Of a stretch of DNA of 64,000 bases, positions 1 to 11,314 are shown one piece after another. How positions within the stretch are numbered: position 1 is the stretch's first letter; every line of letters begins with the position of its first letter. A program made the position numbers and the translations under genes. The notes under the pieces were generated by a model. That model was given only the letters and a program-made list of their open reading frames with translations, was not told the origin of the DNA and made no database searches. The stretch spans positions 640,001-704,000 of the forward strand of contig CAXXDQ010000003.1 of NCBI GenBank assembly GCA_963664325.2, written 5' to 3'. Source of the DNA: Desulfomonilia bacterium (GTDB taxonomy: Bacteria > Desulfobacterota > Desulfomonilia > UBA1062).

Positions 1-1
1 T

Positions 2-703
2 GCGCGCAAGCAGGGCATACTGGAGTTTCTCAGGCCGGACGGCAAGACTCAGGTTACCGTAGAATATAAGGAAGGAGTAGCAAGGCGTATCGACGGCATA
101 GTCATTGCCGCACAGCACAATGAAGATGTCAGTTACGACACGCTGAAGGAAGGTATCATCGAAGAGGTGATCAAGAAGATTGTTCCTCCGGAGCTGCTCG
201 ATGAGAATACAAAGTATTATATAAATGCAACAGGCCGGTTCGTTCTGGGCGGGCCTCATGCAGACTGCGGTCTTACAGGACGGAAGATCATTGTGGATAC
301 CTACGGCGGCTTTGCTCCTCACGGCGGAGGCGCTTTTTCCGGCAAGGACCCGTCCAAGGTCGACCGCAGTGCTGCGTACATGTCGCGTTATATAGCAAAG
401 AACATAGTCGCTGCAGGTCTGGCAAAGAAATGCACGGTGCAGCTTGCCTATGTAATCGGTGTGGCCGATCCCGTTTCAGTAATGATCGACACATGGGGAA
501 CTTCATCTGTTCCCGAAGAAAAACTCTCGAAAATGGTCAGGGAAGTTTTCCCGCTGAAGCCCAGGCTCATAATCGAGGCGCTGGACCTGCTCAGGCCCAT
601 ATATAAAAAGACAGCCGGGTACGGCCACTTCGGAAGAAATGATCCCGATTTTACATGGGAAAAGACAGACAAAGTCGATATGCTGAAAAAGCTGGCCCGG
701 TAA
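2..703 (+). CDS. metK: S-adenosylmethionine synthetase (5'-truncated by window edge)
   Basis: Frame is open from base 2 ([13 protein letters not shown]). Motifs [42 protein letters not shown] and YGHFGR. Confidence 0.97.
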   Translation, partial: ARKQGILEFLRPDGKTQVTVEYKEGVARRIDGIVIAAQHNEDVSYDTLKEGIIEEVIKKIVPPELLDENTKYYINATGRFVLGGPHADCGLTGRKIIVDTYGGFAPHGGGAFSGKDPSKVDRSAAYMSRYIAKNIVAAGLAKKCTVQLAYVIGVADPVSVMIDTWGTSSVPEEKLSKMVREVFPLKPRLIIEALDLLRPIYKKTAGYGHFGRNDPDFTWEKTDKVDMLKKLAR

Positions 704-714
704 AGGAGCAGACG

Positions 715-2151
715 ATGGCGCGGAAGACAAATGTGGAGATACCTGACTATTCAGGGCTCAAATATAAGGTGGCCGATACTGCGCTCGCCGGTTTCGGGAG
801 GAAGGAGATCGAGATATCCGAGCATGAAATGCCGGGGCTGATGGCGCTCAGAAAAAAATACGCAAAGACAAAGCCGCTTAAAGGCGCCCGGATTACAGGC
901 AGCCTCCACATGACGATCCAGACCGCCGTGCTGATTGAAACGCTCAAAGACCTGGGCGCCGATGTGCGCTGGGCGTCCTGCAATATATTTTCAACGCAGG
1001 ACCATGCCGCTTCCGGTATTGCCGCTACATGTACGCCTGTCTTTGCATGGAAGGGTGAAACACTCGAGGAATATTGGGAATGCACACTGCAGGCGCTTAG
1101 TTTTCCCAATGCAGCGGGTCCCCATCTGCTGGTTGATGATGGCGGCGATGCAACGCTTATGGTCCACAGAGGATATTATGCCGAGAATAACCCCAAGATC
1201 CTTGATGAGCCCACGGATAACAGGGAACTTGCAATAATAAATGCCATTCTCAAACGTCAGCTGAAAAGGGATAAAACCTTCTGGCATAAGATGGTAAAAG
1301 GGATCAGGGGCGTTTCAGAGGAGACTACGACCGGCGTACACAGGCTTTATCAGATGAAAGAAAAGGGCGAACTGCTGTTCCCGGCCATCAATGTCAACGA
1401 CTCGGTAACGAAATCCAAGTTCGACAACCTATACGGCTGCAGGGAATCGCTAGCAGACGGAATCAAACGGGCAACCGACGTCATGATCGCCGGCAAGGTC
1501 GTCTGCGTCTGCGGATACGGCGACGTCGGTAAAGGCAGCGCAAAATCCATGCGCGGTTTCGGCGCCAGAGTCCTTGTCACTGAAATCGATCCGATATGCG
1601 CATTGCAGGCGGCTATGGAAGGATTCGAGGTTGTAACCGTTGAAGACGCCCTTAAGGAAGCCAATATCTTCGTGACTGCAACCGGAAACTGCGATGTAAT
1701 CACACTCGAGCACATGGAAAAAATGCTCGACCAGTCGATTGTCTGCAACATCGGCCATTTCGACAACGAGATACAGGTTGACAGGTTAAATGAAAAGAAG
1801 GGTATTAAAAGGCTTAACATAAAACCGCAGGTGGACAAATATATATTTCCAGACAGACACAGCATCTACCTTCTTGCAGAAGGAAGACTCGTAAACCTTG
1901 GATGCGCAACAGGCCATCCATCCTTTGTAATGTCGAACTCGTTCACTAACCAGACGCTCGCCCAGATCGAGCTCTTCTCGAAAAAACATGAGATTGATGT
2001 TATCACACTGCCCAAGGCTCTTGATGAAGAAGTCGCAAGACTGCACCTCGGCAAGCTTGGGGTGAAGCTTACTAAGCTGTCAAAAAAGCAAGCGGATTAT
2101 ATTGGAGTCAAACCAGGGGGGCCGTTCAAGGCAGAACATTACAGATACTAA
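715..2151 (+). CDS. ahcY: adenosylhomocysteinase
   Basis: Motifs [50 protein letters not shown] and [17 protein letters not shown] precedes ATG 715. Confidence 0.97.
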   Translation: MARKTNVEIPDYSGLKYKVADTALAGFGRKEIEISEHEMPGLMALRKKYAKTKPLKGARITGSLHMTIQTAVLIETLKDLGADVRWASCNIFSTQDHAASGIAATCTPVFAWKGETLEEYWECTLQALSFPNAAGPHLLVDDGGDATLMVHRGYYAENNPKILDEPTDNRELAIINAILKRQLKRDKTFWHKMVKGIRGVSEETTTGVHRLYQMKEKGELLFPAINVNDSVTKSKFDNLYGCRESLADGIKRATDVMIAGKVVCVCGYGDVGKGSAKSMRGFGARVLVTEIDPICALQAAMEGFEVVTVEDALKEANIFVTATGNCDVITLEHMEKMLDQSIVCNIGHFDNEIQVDRLNEKKGIKRLNIKPQVDKYIFPDRHSIYLLAEGRLVNLGCATGHPSFVMSNSFTNQTLAQIELFSKKHEIDVITLPKALDEEVARLHLGKLGVKLTKLSKKQADYIGVKPGGPFKAEHYRY

Positions 2152-2152
2152 G

Positions 2153-2177
2153 AAAAGCGCCTTAAAGGCGCTTTTTT
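2153..2177 (+). terminator. intrinsic terminator
   Basis: AAAAGCGCCT-TAA-AGGCGCTTTTTT directly after the ahcY stop. Confidence 0.8.
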
Positions 2178-2328
2178 AATACCCGGATAATTTTCTGTTT
2201 GTCATTGATCAGTGCAGGCTTATATTCATAATAATATTAAGCCTGAAAAATGAATGTCTTGAGATTGATTAGAATATAAGTACATATAGGTATGGTAGTT
2301 CAAGAATCCAATTTGAAAGGATTGTATT

Positions 2329-3486
2329 ATGGATAATAAAAATCTGACTTTTCTTGAGGCTGCGGCTATCGTTACGGGTTACGGCATTGGCGGCGGTATC
2401 ATGGCTGTGCCGTATCTTGCCTCTCTCGCCGGGGTTGTTCCCATGCTTTTCATACTGCTGGCGGCCTTCTGCATAAGCCTGATATTTCACCTCATGACCG
2501 CCGAGATCATGTTGAGAGACGGCAAGAACGAACAGATAATCGAGATGTTCAGCAAGTACATGCTCAAGGGAAAAATCACCAGGTATATTTTGTGGTTTTT
2601 GTTTGCAGTAATCGTCCTTTCATTTATTGCCAGCCTTTCAGCCTTTATAGCAGGAGGTGGAGAAAATCTGAACAACCTTTTCCCCTGGATCCCTCTCTGG
2701 GTTGGGCATTGCATCGTTTACTTCATTGCCGCAGGTGTAGTTTTCTTCGGCCTGAAAGCGATTGGCATCTCGGAAAAATACGGGGTCGCCGCGATGTTTA
2801 TATTCGTAATAATCCTGCTGGCCGCCTCCCTTAAGCACGGGCTTGCATTCAGGCCCGAGATCGTAGGCGCTCTTAAATACCAGACAGCGCTTTTCGGCAT
2901 GATGATGTTCAGTTTCTTTGCCCTGTTTTCTGTCCCCCAGGTCGTCAAAGGCCTTTCCTGGAAGAAAAGGCTCATCCCCAAGGCGATCGTTTTGGGCCTT
3001 TTCCTCAACTGCATTGTCATCCTGACAATCGTTCTTATTTGTATGGGGGTTTCGGGCCAGGTGACTAGGTTCGCCATGAACGGTCTTGCGAATGCACTGG
3101 GCGGGTGGGTCAGATACTTCAGTTCGCTTTTCGTGCTATTTGCCATGCTGACGACTTACTGGTCGGTCTCTTTTGCACTTGCCGTTGTTGTTCAGGAGAG
3201 GCTGGGATGGGGACAGAGATTGTCATGGCTTGTGGCCACGCTCCCGTCATTTATTATCGTCATAGCAAGGGCAACCGATTTCCTCGGCTTCATGCAGATA
3301 GCGGGCGGAACAATAGCCATTCTGATAGTGATAATGATGGTCCCGCTTTATAACATTGTCAAAAAACAGGGGGCCGTGGCAGAACCGGAATGGCAGCTCG
3401 GTTTCTTCGGCAGCCCTGTTTTCCAGGCCCTTGTTATAATAGCTTTCATCCTTATGGCTGCTGGTTCGCTTGTAAAGGTGGACTGA
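2329..3486 (+). CDS. aromatic amino acid permease family (Trp/Tyr-type, APC superfamily) transporter
   Basis: About 11 hydrophobic segments; N-terminal AIVTGYGIGGGIMAVPY motif. Confidence 0.75.
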   Translation: MDNKNLTFLEAAAIVTGYGIGGGIMAVPYLASLAGVVPMLFILLAAFCISLIFHLMTAEIMLRDGKNEQIIEMFSKYMLKGKITRYILWFLFAVIVLSFIASLSAFIAGGGENLNNLFPWIPLWVGHCIVYFIAAGVVFFGLKAIGISEKYGVAAMFIFVIILLAASLKHGLAFRPEIVGALKYQTALFGMMMFSFFALFSVPQVVKGLSWKKRLIPKAIVLGLFLNCIVILTIVLICMGVSGQVTRFAMNGLANALGGWVRYFSSLFVLFAMLTTYWSVSFALAVVVQERLGWGQRLSWLVATLPSFIIVIARATDFLGFMQIAGGTIAILIVIMMVPLYNIVKKQGAVAEPEWQLGFFGSPVFQALVIIAFILMAAGSLVKVD

Positions 3487-3490
3487 ATTA

Positions 3491-3519
3491 AATATCCTCC
3501 GGTTTTGCCGGAGGATATT
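3491..3519. terminator. hairpin between convergent genes
   Basis: AATATCCTCCGG-TTTTG-CCGGAGGATATT, a perfect 12-bp stem. Confidence 0.7.
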
Positions 3520-3557
3520 GTCCGATCGGCATCATCAATCTGTTTGATAGCTGTTGT

Positions 3558-5159
3558 TCAGTACGAAAAGACTATATCTCCTGCAACAGCCGTCATTTTG
3601 ACAGGTATATTGCGGATTGCATCAGGGGAAACCTTGAACGGGTTTTCAGCCAGAACTGCAAAGTCGGCTCGTTTGCCGGCTGTGATGCTGCCCTTTATGC
3701 CTTCCTCAAACTGGGCGTATGCACCGCCGATAGTGAACATCTCTATGGCCTGTGCAAGGGAAATTGCCTCTTCTGGTACCAGGCCTTCCCTTGTCACACA
3801 GCACTGAATTGCGTGAAGCGTGTCCTGCACCTCAACCGGCGAATCCGAAGAACCTGCAACCTTGAGTCCTGAATCGATCATGGACTTGAACGGATATGTC
3901 CAGCGCATCCTCTTGGCGCCGACCCTTTTTTCCAGCCAGTGTTTTTCGGAATACAGGAACATCGGCTGTACGCTCATGATAAGCCCGAGTTTTTCAGCCC
4001 TCTTGAGCATATCAGGATACATAATAGAGGCATGCTCTATCCTGTGGCGCGAAGCTGAAACGGATTTTTTAGAATCGATACGCTCGAAAAAGCCTAAAAT
4101 CTTGTCAATGGCCAGATCACCAATACCGTGGATTGCGAGCTGAAACCCTGCTGCATGGGTTTCGCTCATAAGGCGCATGAGTTCTTCATCGCTGAAAATC
4201 ATGAATCCCTTTTTATCAGGCTGGTCGGTAAACGGCTCAAACATGGCGGATGTGCATGTTCCGAAGGATCCGTCGGCTATGATCTTGAGCCCGGCTATCC
4301 GGGTAAGCCTCTCGATGGACCCGTCGTTGAGGCTTGAACCGAGCAGGCCTGTAATCGCACTGACGTCCTTTGCAATGACCCAGAGGTAAAGCGACTGGTG
4401 TATATTGGGCCTTATCATCTGCATGATCGGGATGTCGAAAGCGCCCATCATCCCTGCCGGCCCGACCTCATCGGTCTGAAGAATGCAGCCGAGCGATGTA
4501 ATGCCCAGAGAAAGCATTTTATTGAATGCGCCCGACGATGCCCGAATAATTTCGTCTTCCCCGGGCATGGACATGTGGTTGAGAATCAATGAAACGGCGG
4601 GCGCCTCCCTGAATATGCCAAGCGGCGAGCCATACGCGTCGCGGTCGATGTACCCGCCGTCAGGCTCAGGGGTTGATGCCGATATTCCGGCAATTTCAAT
4701 GGCCTTTGTATTCGCAATGACGCTGTGGCCGTCATGCTTTATGACAATTACCGGCCTGTTGTTTGAAACATTGTCAAGGTCGAACCTGTTGGGGAGCCTT
4801 TTTTCATCAAGGGCCTCCTCGTCAAAATTACAGCCGATGATCCAGCCGTCATTCCTTGTTCCTGCCTCCTTCAGGTTCTTTATCAAGCCGGGAAAGTCTT
4901 TTGTCCCGTACAGGTTGGCATTCATGTGGTAAAATACCGTGGGTGTCGAATGAATGTGGCAGTCGAAGAAGCCTGGCAGCAGGAAGCCGCCTTTTAAATC
5001 GATGTCCGCAAAATCAGCGCCCAGACTCTCCCTGCATTCTGCTTCGTTTCCGACCCTGATTATCAGCCCGTTCCTCACCGCAACCGCATCCGCATAAGGC
5101 ATAGTCTTGTCAACCGTATAGACCGTCCCGCCATGATAGAGATATTCTTTTGTCTTCAT
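3558..5159 (-). CDS. amidohydrolase 3 (YtcJ-like) family protein
   Basis: Motifs LPGFFDCHIH, KIIADGS, AIHGIGD, RHRIEHAS, GSSDSPV and GSITAGKRADFAVL. Confidence 0.9.
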   Translation of the reverse strand: MKTKEYLYHGGTVYTVDKTMPYADAVAVRNGLIIRVGNEAECRESLGADFADIDLKGGFLLPGFFDCHIHSTPTVFYHMNANLYGTKDFPGLIKNLKEAGTRNDGWIIGCNFDEEALDEKRLPNRFDLDNVSNNRPVIVIKHDGHSVIANTKAIEIAGISASTPEPDGGYIDRDAYGSPLGIFREAPAVSLILNHMSMPGEDEIIRASSGAFNKMLSLGITSLGCILQTDEVGPAGMMGAFDIPIMQMIRPNIHQSLYLWVIAKDVSAITGLLGSSLNDGSIERLTRIAGLKIIADGSFGTCTSAMFEPFTDQPDKKGFMIFSDEELMRLMSETHAAGFQLAIHGIGDLAIDKILGFFERIDSKKSVSASRHRIEHASIMYPDMLKRAEKLGLIMSVQPMFLYSEKHWLEKRVGAKRMRWTYPFKSMIDSGLKVAGSSDSPVEVQDTLHAIQCCVTREGLVPEEAISLAQAIEMFTIGGAYAQFEEGIKGSITAGKRADFAVLAENPFKVSPDAIRNIPVKMTAVAGDIVFSY

Positions 5160-5547
5160 GAAAACAGTCTTAATTTATAAAATTGAAAATCCACAAGTTT
5201 AAAATTAGTTTTTGTTATTTTTCACCTGTCCGGGCACCCGGATCTGCTGGTATGATTTCCCAGAAAACCCTTTATGCAAGTTGACGGATTGTCAACTGAT
5301 TGCCGTTCATTCATTCTCATGGGATATTTCCATCCTTCTCCTTTAATAGAAACACGCTGCCGATGCGATTACATAATTCAGTGTTTTTCACATTAATTTT
5401 TTGTACAATTAAAACTTTTCGGTATAATCAATTGAATGAATGAAAAGGGGCAGAAAAGGGGCGAAACATGGAAATTATCGGAGTTCTGCGAGGCGATTTC
5501 AGATCTGAATCTGGTTTTTCACCAAGCAGTATAATCAATATTCAAGC

Positions 5548-6048
5548 ATGAAAAAGCTGTTTAGGCGCCACAGCGACTCTGACCAGGAAGACCTGATCCG
5601 GCCTCACTTCAACATGCTTGCCGGAGTTTTCCACGGTTACACTCAAAAAGAGGAAGAGCAGGATATCAAGTCGTTCGAGCCAGGGGATCTCAACAGAGGC
5701 GGAGAGTATTTGTTTGATTTTATGAAAAGCCGGTTGGCCGCAATGGGGGGCAAAATAATATGCGACGGTGTGGCAGAACTGAAACGCATGCGAATCGCTC
5801 CCGAGGTGCAGGGACCGGGCATTGGCTCTGCAATGCTTAAGAGCCTCGAAAAGTTAGCGGGAGAGAAGAATATCAGAAAACTGATTTTTGAAACTGAGGA
5901 CCCGCGGCCTGACTCTCTCTCTTTCTACCAGGGTCACCCATATGTGCGCATAGGCGGGGAGATGTATGACACTCAAACAACAGTGAGCTTTGAAAAGAAT
6001 TTGGAAGAATCGCCCAGCCATCCGGCAAGTCGACGCTTAACTTTGTAG
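5548..6048 (+). CDS. GNAT family acetyltransferase
   Basis: AELKRMRIAPEVQGPGIGSAML resembles the acetyl-CoA binding motif A. Confidence 0.65.
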   Translation: MKKLFRRHSDSDQEDLIRPHFNMLAGVFHGYTQKEEEQDIKSFEPGDLNRGGEYLFDFMKSRLAAMGGKIICDGVAELKRMRIAPEVQGPGIGSAMLKSLEKLAGEKNIRKLIFETEDPRPDSLSFYQGHPYVRIGGEMYDTQTTVSFEKNLEESPSHPASRRLTL

Positions 6049-6057
6049 GGCAAAAAA

Positions 6058-6525
6058 ATGGTCACCATTAGTGATGCATCCACTAAAGACGCCGATGCCA
6101 TCCTTGTCCTTCAGAAGCTTGCATACAGATCAGAGGCAAAGCTCTACAATGACTTCTCGATTCCTCCCCTTACCCAGTCAATCGAGTCGTTGCTGGAGGA
6201 ATTCTCAAAATCTATCATCCTTAAAGCAACAGCGGGCGATCGTCTCGTTGGCTCGGTTCGTGCCGTGAAAAACGGCTCTAAATGCTCAATCGGCCGCCTC
6301 ATCGTTCACCCGGGGATGCAGGGACAAGGCATCGGGTCGAAATTGCTGCAAAGCATCGAAGATCGGTTCAAAGGTATATCCAAGTTCGAGCTGTTCACCG
6401 GCAGCAGGAGTGAAGCCAATATCCGCCTGTATCAGCGCCATGGCTACAGGATCGTTCGAACACAGCCCCTGTCGCAGACCGTGTCGATCACCTTTTTAGA
6501 GAAACGGCTCAGCGATGCCCCGTAA
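6058..6525 (+). CDS. GNAT family acetyltransferase
   Basis: IGRLIVHPGMQGQGIGSKLL and NIRLYQRHGY. Confidence 0.85.
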   Translation: MVTISDASTKDADAILVLQKLAYRSEAKLYNDFSIPPLTQSIESLLEEFSKSIILKATAGDRLVGSVRAVKNGSKCSIGRLIVHPGMQGQGIGSKLLQSIEDRFKGISKFELFTGSRSEANIRLYQRHGYRIVRTQPLSQTVSITFLEKRLSDAP

Positions 6526-6756
6526 TTCCTGATGCCAGTCCGTTAATGGGAAGAAGCCCGGCGACGGCTGTTCCTGTCTTAAGCAGATTCCTTATGGTGT
6601 TGTGAGCAGCAGCGGCCCGTCAATAAACAACTTTTAAAAGCAGCATGAAAAGATCCGGCGATCCCGGTGGTCTTTTTAAAAAGAAAAGCTGGAAAACAAC
6701 GATGTTAAAATGTAAATGGGGAATTGTCTGAAATGTTTTTAATTAGGAGCATAAAA

Positions 6757-7617
6757 ATGAAAATTAGGCGAATAATACTGACAGTCGCTCTATTACTGCT
6801 TTTCTCCGGCGCAACTATGGCGGCGGATCAGACAAAAGCCCTGGACCGGCAGCCAGTACCAGAAGACAAAGCAACGGAAATGTCTAAAAAAGTTCAGGAC
6901 CCCCTTTCCGGGCTGATACTGCTACCCTTGGAATATAGCTACACTTCAAGCGTGGGGCGTGTAGACAAAACGGCGCAGCAACTTATTATAGAGCCTACCT
7001 TTCCGATCAATATCGGCGAGGAATGGAAGATACTGACCCACACGTTAATACCGGTTGTAAGCCTGCCTCAATTAGGGGACGACAGTCCAAGTTCGGGCTT
7101 GAGCAATATCATGTTCTCTGCATTGCTGGCAAAGAAGAGTGAAAGCAGTTTGACATGGGGCGTAGGCGGAGGGCTTATGTTTCCTACTGCGTCCAATACG
7201 GATCCTGTTTCCTGGGCAAATACGCCGACTGGCTACGACTGCTGGGCCGGCGGCCCTTCTGTTGTAGGTGTATATAAGAACGGTAACTGGGTGACCGGGG
7301 CGCTGTTCAATCAGATGTGGACCTTCAGCGGAACATCCGATATCAATTTAATGCAGATCCAGGCTTTTGCATTTTATAACCTGGGCCAGGGATACTCAAT
7401 CAGCTCCATGCCTTTGATCAGCGTTGACTGGACAAAATCATCTTCTCAAAGCACGCTGATCCCTCTTGGGCTCATGGTCGGAAAGCTGTTCATGATAGGC
7501 GGTGTTTTCCCGTTGGGCCTCTCAGTCGGGACTTACTACAATATTGTAAAGCCGGATGCCGCGCCTCAGAGCACTTTAAACGCCGAACTGTTCTTTGTGC
7601 TGCCGAGCATATTCTGA
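6757..7617 (+). CDS. exported putative outer-membrane beta-barrel protein ('neuromedin U'/transporter-like family)
   Basis: Signal peptide, QDPLS..LP motif, GLSNI and FPTAS...WAGGPS; alternating beta-strand pattern and C-terminal Phe. AGGAG RBS before ATG 6757. Confidence 0.65.
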   Translation: MKIRRIILTVALLLLFSGATMAADQTKALDRQPVPEDKATEMSKKVQDPLSGLILLPLEYSYTSSVGRVDKTAQQLIIEPTFPINIGEEWKILTHTLIPVVSLPQLGDDSPSSGLSNIMFSALLAKKSESSLTWGVGGGLMFPTASNTDPVSWANTPTGYDCWAGGPSVVGVYKNGNWVTGALFNQMWTFSGTSDINLMQIQAFAFYNLGQGYSISSMPLISVDWTKSSSQSTLIPLGLMVGKLFMIGGVFPLGLSVGTYYNIVKPDAAPQSTLNAELFFVLPSIF

Positions 7618-7911
7618 CAATAAAATAAAACTCGTTAGAGCTTTAAGCTGCTTTGAAATTTGCTGCATCTCTTAAAGCAGTAAAATGATTCCATAGAATA
7701 GGAATAATATTACACATATCATATCTATTATAGCAAATTGTTCACATAACCAATTGAAATCTCATCGTTTGACCCATGGCATTTCCATTGCTTATGTAAT
7801 TAGTAGGATGCTTTATCATTTTATGAATCTGACTGATCGGGAAATTCCAGGCATCCTTTAACGAATGTCAGCTGCATGTTTAAAACAACTAATTGCGAGA
7901 GGTGAAACCCA

Positions 7912-10527
7912 ATGAGAAAAGCCAGATTTACCATGATAACACGGGCATTCATTATTTTTGCCGTACTGACTCTCTTTGCCGCCTGCGGCGGCGGAGGCGG
8001 CGGGGGTGGCGGAGGCGGAGATACTGCCCCGAGCGTTGAAGGGACAAAGCCGCCGGTTGCACACACCGGGCCGGACCAGACCGTTGCAGAGGGTAGTACA
8101 GTAACCCTCGATGCGTCAAATTCCACCGATCCGGATGACGGAATAGCCTCCTACAGATGGGAACAGACAGGAGGTCCCGCAGTCGTCCTCTCCGATGCGA
8201 GTGCCATACAGCCGACCTTCACGGCTCCCAATGTGGGTGTCGGCGGAGCGGCGCTGACCTTCAGGCTTACGGTGACCGATAATGGAGGCCTCAAGTCGAG
8301 TGCCACCTGTATCGTTAACGTTACATGGGAAAACGAACCGCCAACAGCCGTTACCGGGCCGGATCAGACCGTTGCAGAGGGCAGCGTTGTAACCCTCGAT
8401 GGATCAAATTCAAATGATCCGGATGACGGAATCGCCTCCTACGGCTGGGAACAGACAGAAGGTCCCGCGGTTACCCTCTCCGATGCGAGTGCCATACAGC
8501 CGACCTTTACGGCCCCCAATGTGGGGATCGGCGGAGCGGCGCTGACTTTTAGGCTTACGGTGACCGATAATGGAGGCCTCAAGTCGAGTGCCACCTGTAT
8601 CGTTAACGTTACATGGGAAAACAAGCCGCCCACAGCCATTACCGGGCCGGACCAGACCGTAGCAGAGGGCAGCGTTGTAACTCTCGATGCGTCAAATTCT
8701 ATTGATCCGGACGACGGAATATCATCTTATGGCTGGACACAGACAGAAGGTCCCGCGGTTACCCTCTCCGATGCGAGTGCCATACAGCCGACCTTTACGG
8801 CCCCCAATGTTGATGATAGCGGTGCGGCCCTGAAATTCGAACTGACCGTTACCGACAATGGCGGGCTGAAGAATACCGCAACATGCATTGTAAATGTTAC
8901 GGGGATCAATGATCCTCCCACGGCAATCACGGGTCCAACCCAAACTGTGGGCGAACTGGTCGTTGTCACCCTGGATGGTTCTAAATCAACCGATCCCGAA
9001 AATGAGACACTCTCCTATGCATGGAAACAGATCGGGGGACAATCTGTGACCTTGTCCAATGCAAGCGTTTCCAACCCGACTTTTACCACCCCAACAGTCG
9101 GCACGACCGGAGAGGCCCTGACCTTTGAGCTTACAGTTACCGACCAGGGCGGCCTTCAATCTTCAGCGACCTGTATAATCAACATCACATGGAGAAATAA
9201 ACCGCCCAAGGCCGAAGCCGGTCCCAATCAGACCGTGGAGGATGAAACAACTGTAACGCTGGACGGCACTGCATCAACCGATCCGGACGACAATATCGCT
9301 TCGTACCTCTGGCAGCAGACCGTCGGGATATCGGTCACACTTTCCGATGCGAGTTCCGCACAACCGAGTTTTACAGCACCCAATGTGGGACCAAAAGGGG
9401 CGACCCTCACCTTCAAACTCACGGTAACCGACAAGGGCGGACTCAAGGCAAGCGATACCTGCACTGTGACCATACAGCGTAATCCTGCACATGCCGCCGC
9501 GCACCTGCTCGAAGATACCCTTTATACAGCTTATGCGGGTATTGGATACGGCAATGCAGATAATACCATCGACGATGCACCTCTCTATAATATCATGCTT
9601 GACGACCTGAACACCGTCGCCGGAGATTTTGTTGTTAATACCATCTTTAATGATCCCGATGTGCTGAATAAGCTTTTATTCCGTGTTCTGCTGGGACTTA
9701 CAACCACCTTTAAATTCACAAACAGTTCCGGGGTTGTAAGCAGCCTCTTTTTTGATCCCGGTGCCATGGTCAACGGGTACCGGTCCTTTGCAGCTGATTT
9801 GTCTGTCGATTTCAACTCCACGGGATATGCATGGGAAAGCTGCCAGTACTATGGCGACGGCGGGGGTGTAGACCTCACAGCCCATGTGACCGGTTATTTC
9901 AAGGCCACCACGGCCGGGCTGGATGAATTATACCTGGGCTCGGTCATGATCCAGGCTCAGAATACCCTGATTGCCGTTTATCCGATTGGAGAGGTGGTAT
10001 ATAACCAGTGGAAGATAGCATATCCGGTCTACTACGGAGAAGTAGATCCGACCTACGCATCAGGCGGGTCCATCACACCCGTGAATGCCAAAATACTTCC
10101 CATCATCATCTCCGAACCTACATCGAACGCCGATTTCCGTGACTATACACTCAGTGGAGGATTTGTACTTAACGGCAAAGCCTATTCATTCTCTCCCGAC
10201 GGCATCCGCTACCGCCAGTATCAGTACGATTACCCGGAAAACGGGACCACTGTATCCAAGACGCTTCTGTCTCTCAACGGCAAGCTTACGCCACCGGGCC
10301 AGACAGACTTGGTCACCGTAGCGACTTCGGAGGATGTAATCGATCCTGTCGGCAGCAATACTATTATTCGCGATACCAACGGGACCTGGATCTCCGGCCT
10401 GATGAGCTTCTCAGGGATCAGCACTGCTTTGCAGGTGAATTTCAGCAGCAACGGCTCGTGCACTTTCTCAGGCGGGGATCAGGGGACATGGTCTGTTGCC
10501 GGATGGCAGAATTACCTTAAACCTTAA
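7912..10527 (+). CDS. lipoprotein with five PKD/Ig-like repeats and an unknown C-terminal domain
   Basis: Lipobox LFAAC, poly-Gly linker, five ~95-aa repeats (GPDQTVxEGxxVTLDxSxSxDPD...FxLTVTD). Confidence 0.85.
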   Translation: MRKARFTMITRAFIIFAVLTLFAACGGGGGGGGGGGDTAPSVEGTKPPVAHTGPDQTVAEGSTVTLDASNSTDPDDGIASYRWEQTGGPAVVLSDASAIQPTFTAPNVGVGGAALTFRLTVTDNGGLKSSATCIVNVTWENEPPTAVTGPDQTVAEGSVVTLDGSNSNDPDDGIASYGWEQTEGPAVTLSDASAIQPTFTAPNVGIGGAALTFRLTVTDNGGLKSSATCIVNVTWENKPPTAITGPDQTVAEGSVVTLDASNSIDPDDGISSYGWTQTEGPAVTLSDASAIQPTFTAPNVDDSGAALKFELTVTDNGGLKNTATCIVNVTGINDPPTAITGPTQTVGELVVVTLDGSKSTDPENETLSYAWKQIGGQSVTLSNASVSNPTFTTPTVGTTGEALTFELTVTDQGGLQSSATCIINITWRNKPPKAEAGPNQTVEDETTVTLDGTASTDPDDNIASYLWQQTVGISVTLSDASSAQPSFTAPNVGPKGATLTFKLTVTDKGGLKASDTCTVTIQRNPAHAAAHLLEDTLYTAYAGIGYGNADNTIDDAPLYNIMLDDLNTVAGDFVVNTIFNDPDVLNKLLFRVLLGLTTTFKFTNSSGVVSSLFFDPGAMVNGYRSFAADLSVDFNSTGYAWESCQYYGDGGGVDLTAHVTGYFKATTAGLDELYLGSVMIQAQNTLIAVYPIGEVVYNQWKIAYPVYYGEVDPTYASGGSITPVNAKILPIIISEPTSNADFRDYTLSGGFVLNGKAYSFSPDGIRYRQYQYDYPENGTTVSKTLLSLNGKLTPPGQTDLVTVATSEDVIDPVGSNTIIRDTNGTWISGLMSFSGISTALQVNFSSNGSCTFSGGDQGTWSVAGWQNYLKP
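8050..9475 (+). repeat. five intragenic ~285-bp PKD-domain repeats
   Basis: Units 1-3 share long identical DNA blocks (e.g. CTCTCCGATGCGAGTGCCATACAGCCGACCTT); units 4-5 are more diverged. Confidence 0.85.
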
Positions 10528-10538
10528 AACGCTATACA

Positions 10539-10560
10539 GGGGATGGCATGTGCCATCCCC
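10539..10560. terminator. hairpin between convergent genes
   Basis: GGGGATGGCA-TG-TGCCATCCCC. Confidence 0.55.
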
Positions 10561-10639
10561 GACTATGAACAAGGAGCGGCTCATACCGGAGTGCACATCC
10601 CGGCGAGCGGCCTCCGGTCTCTATGATAATCAGAAAGAT

Positions 10640-11257
10640 TTACCCGCCGGTGATCAGTCCCCTGATGCCGGCAACAATGTTCTCTACAGAAAGCGCTGCA
10701 AGTATCAGACCCATTATCCGGCTCAGCACGTCAGTTCCATCGCGCTTGAGCAATTTTAATATGGGCTCGGCCAGCCTCAGGCAGAGCCATGTTACGGTCA
10801 GCATGACGATAACAAGAAAGCCCGTAGCCATAAGATCGGGTATGCTGTTCCTGTTGCTGTCGGAGAGAACCATGACCGCCATTATAGACGCCGGACCCGC
10901 TATCATGGGCATGGCGAGAGGGAAAATAGCCATATCGCCTTCGGATTTGCCGCCTTCTTCTCCACCCCATCCCGTGTGTGTGTCGTAGAGCACCATTCTG
11001 AGCGCAATTATGAAAAGGATTATGCCGCCTGCTATCTTGAATGAATCCATGCCTATTCCCAGCGAGTTGAGCAGAACCTGCCCGAGCACCATGAAACCCA
11101 AAAGAAGCACGCCACTTACCAGCACCGCCTTGACCGAGATTCTGGCCCTCTGTTTGTCGTCGAGCCTGCCTGCCAGGGCCAGGAAAACCGGGATAAGCCC
11201 GACCGGGTCTATTACCACGAACAGTGTTGTGAACTGCTGTAAAAGAGTCTGTTTCAT
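10640..11257 (-). CDS. MarC family membrane protein
   Basis: Motifs LFVVIDPVG, SFKIAGGIILF, FPLAMPMIAGP and RIMGLIL. Confidence 0.9.
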   Translation of the reverse strand: MKQTLLQQFTTLFVVIDPVGLIPVFLALAGRLDDKQRARISVKAVLVSGVLLLGFMVLGQVLLNSLGIGMDSFKIAGGIILFIIALRMVLYDTHTGWGGEEGGKSEGDMAIFPLAMPMIAGPASIMAVMVLSDSNRNSIPDLMATGFLVIVMLTVTWLCLRLAEPILKLLKRDGTDVLSRIMGLILAALSVENIVAGIRGLITGG

Positions 11258-11314
11258 GAAAGTCCTTTCGGTCTTTGAGTTGATTTATTCCAGCCCAGCC
11301 CATATATTATACCC

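Noticed and set aside
7987-8021. Phase-variable GGC tract
   Set aside because: Mixed Gly codons form an ordinary linker after the lipobox; triplet slippage would not switch frame.
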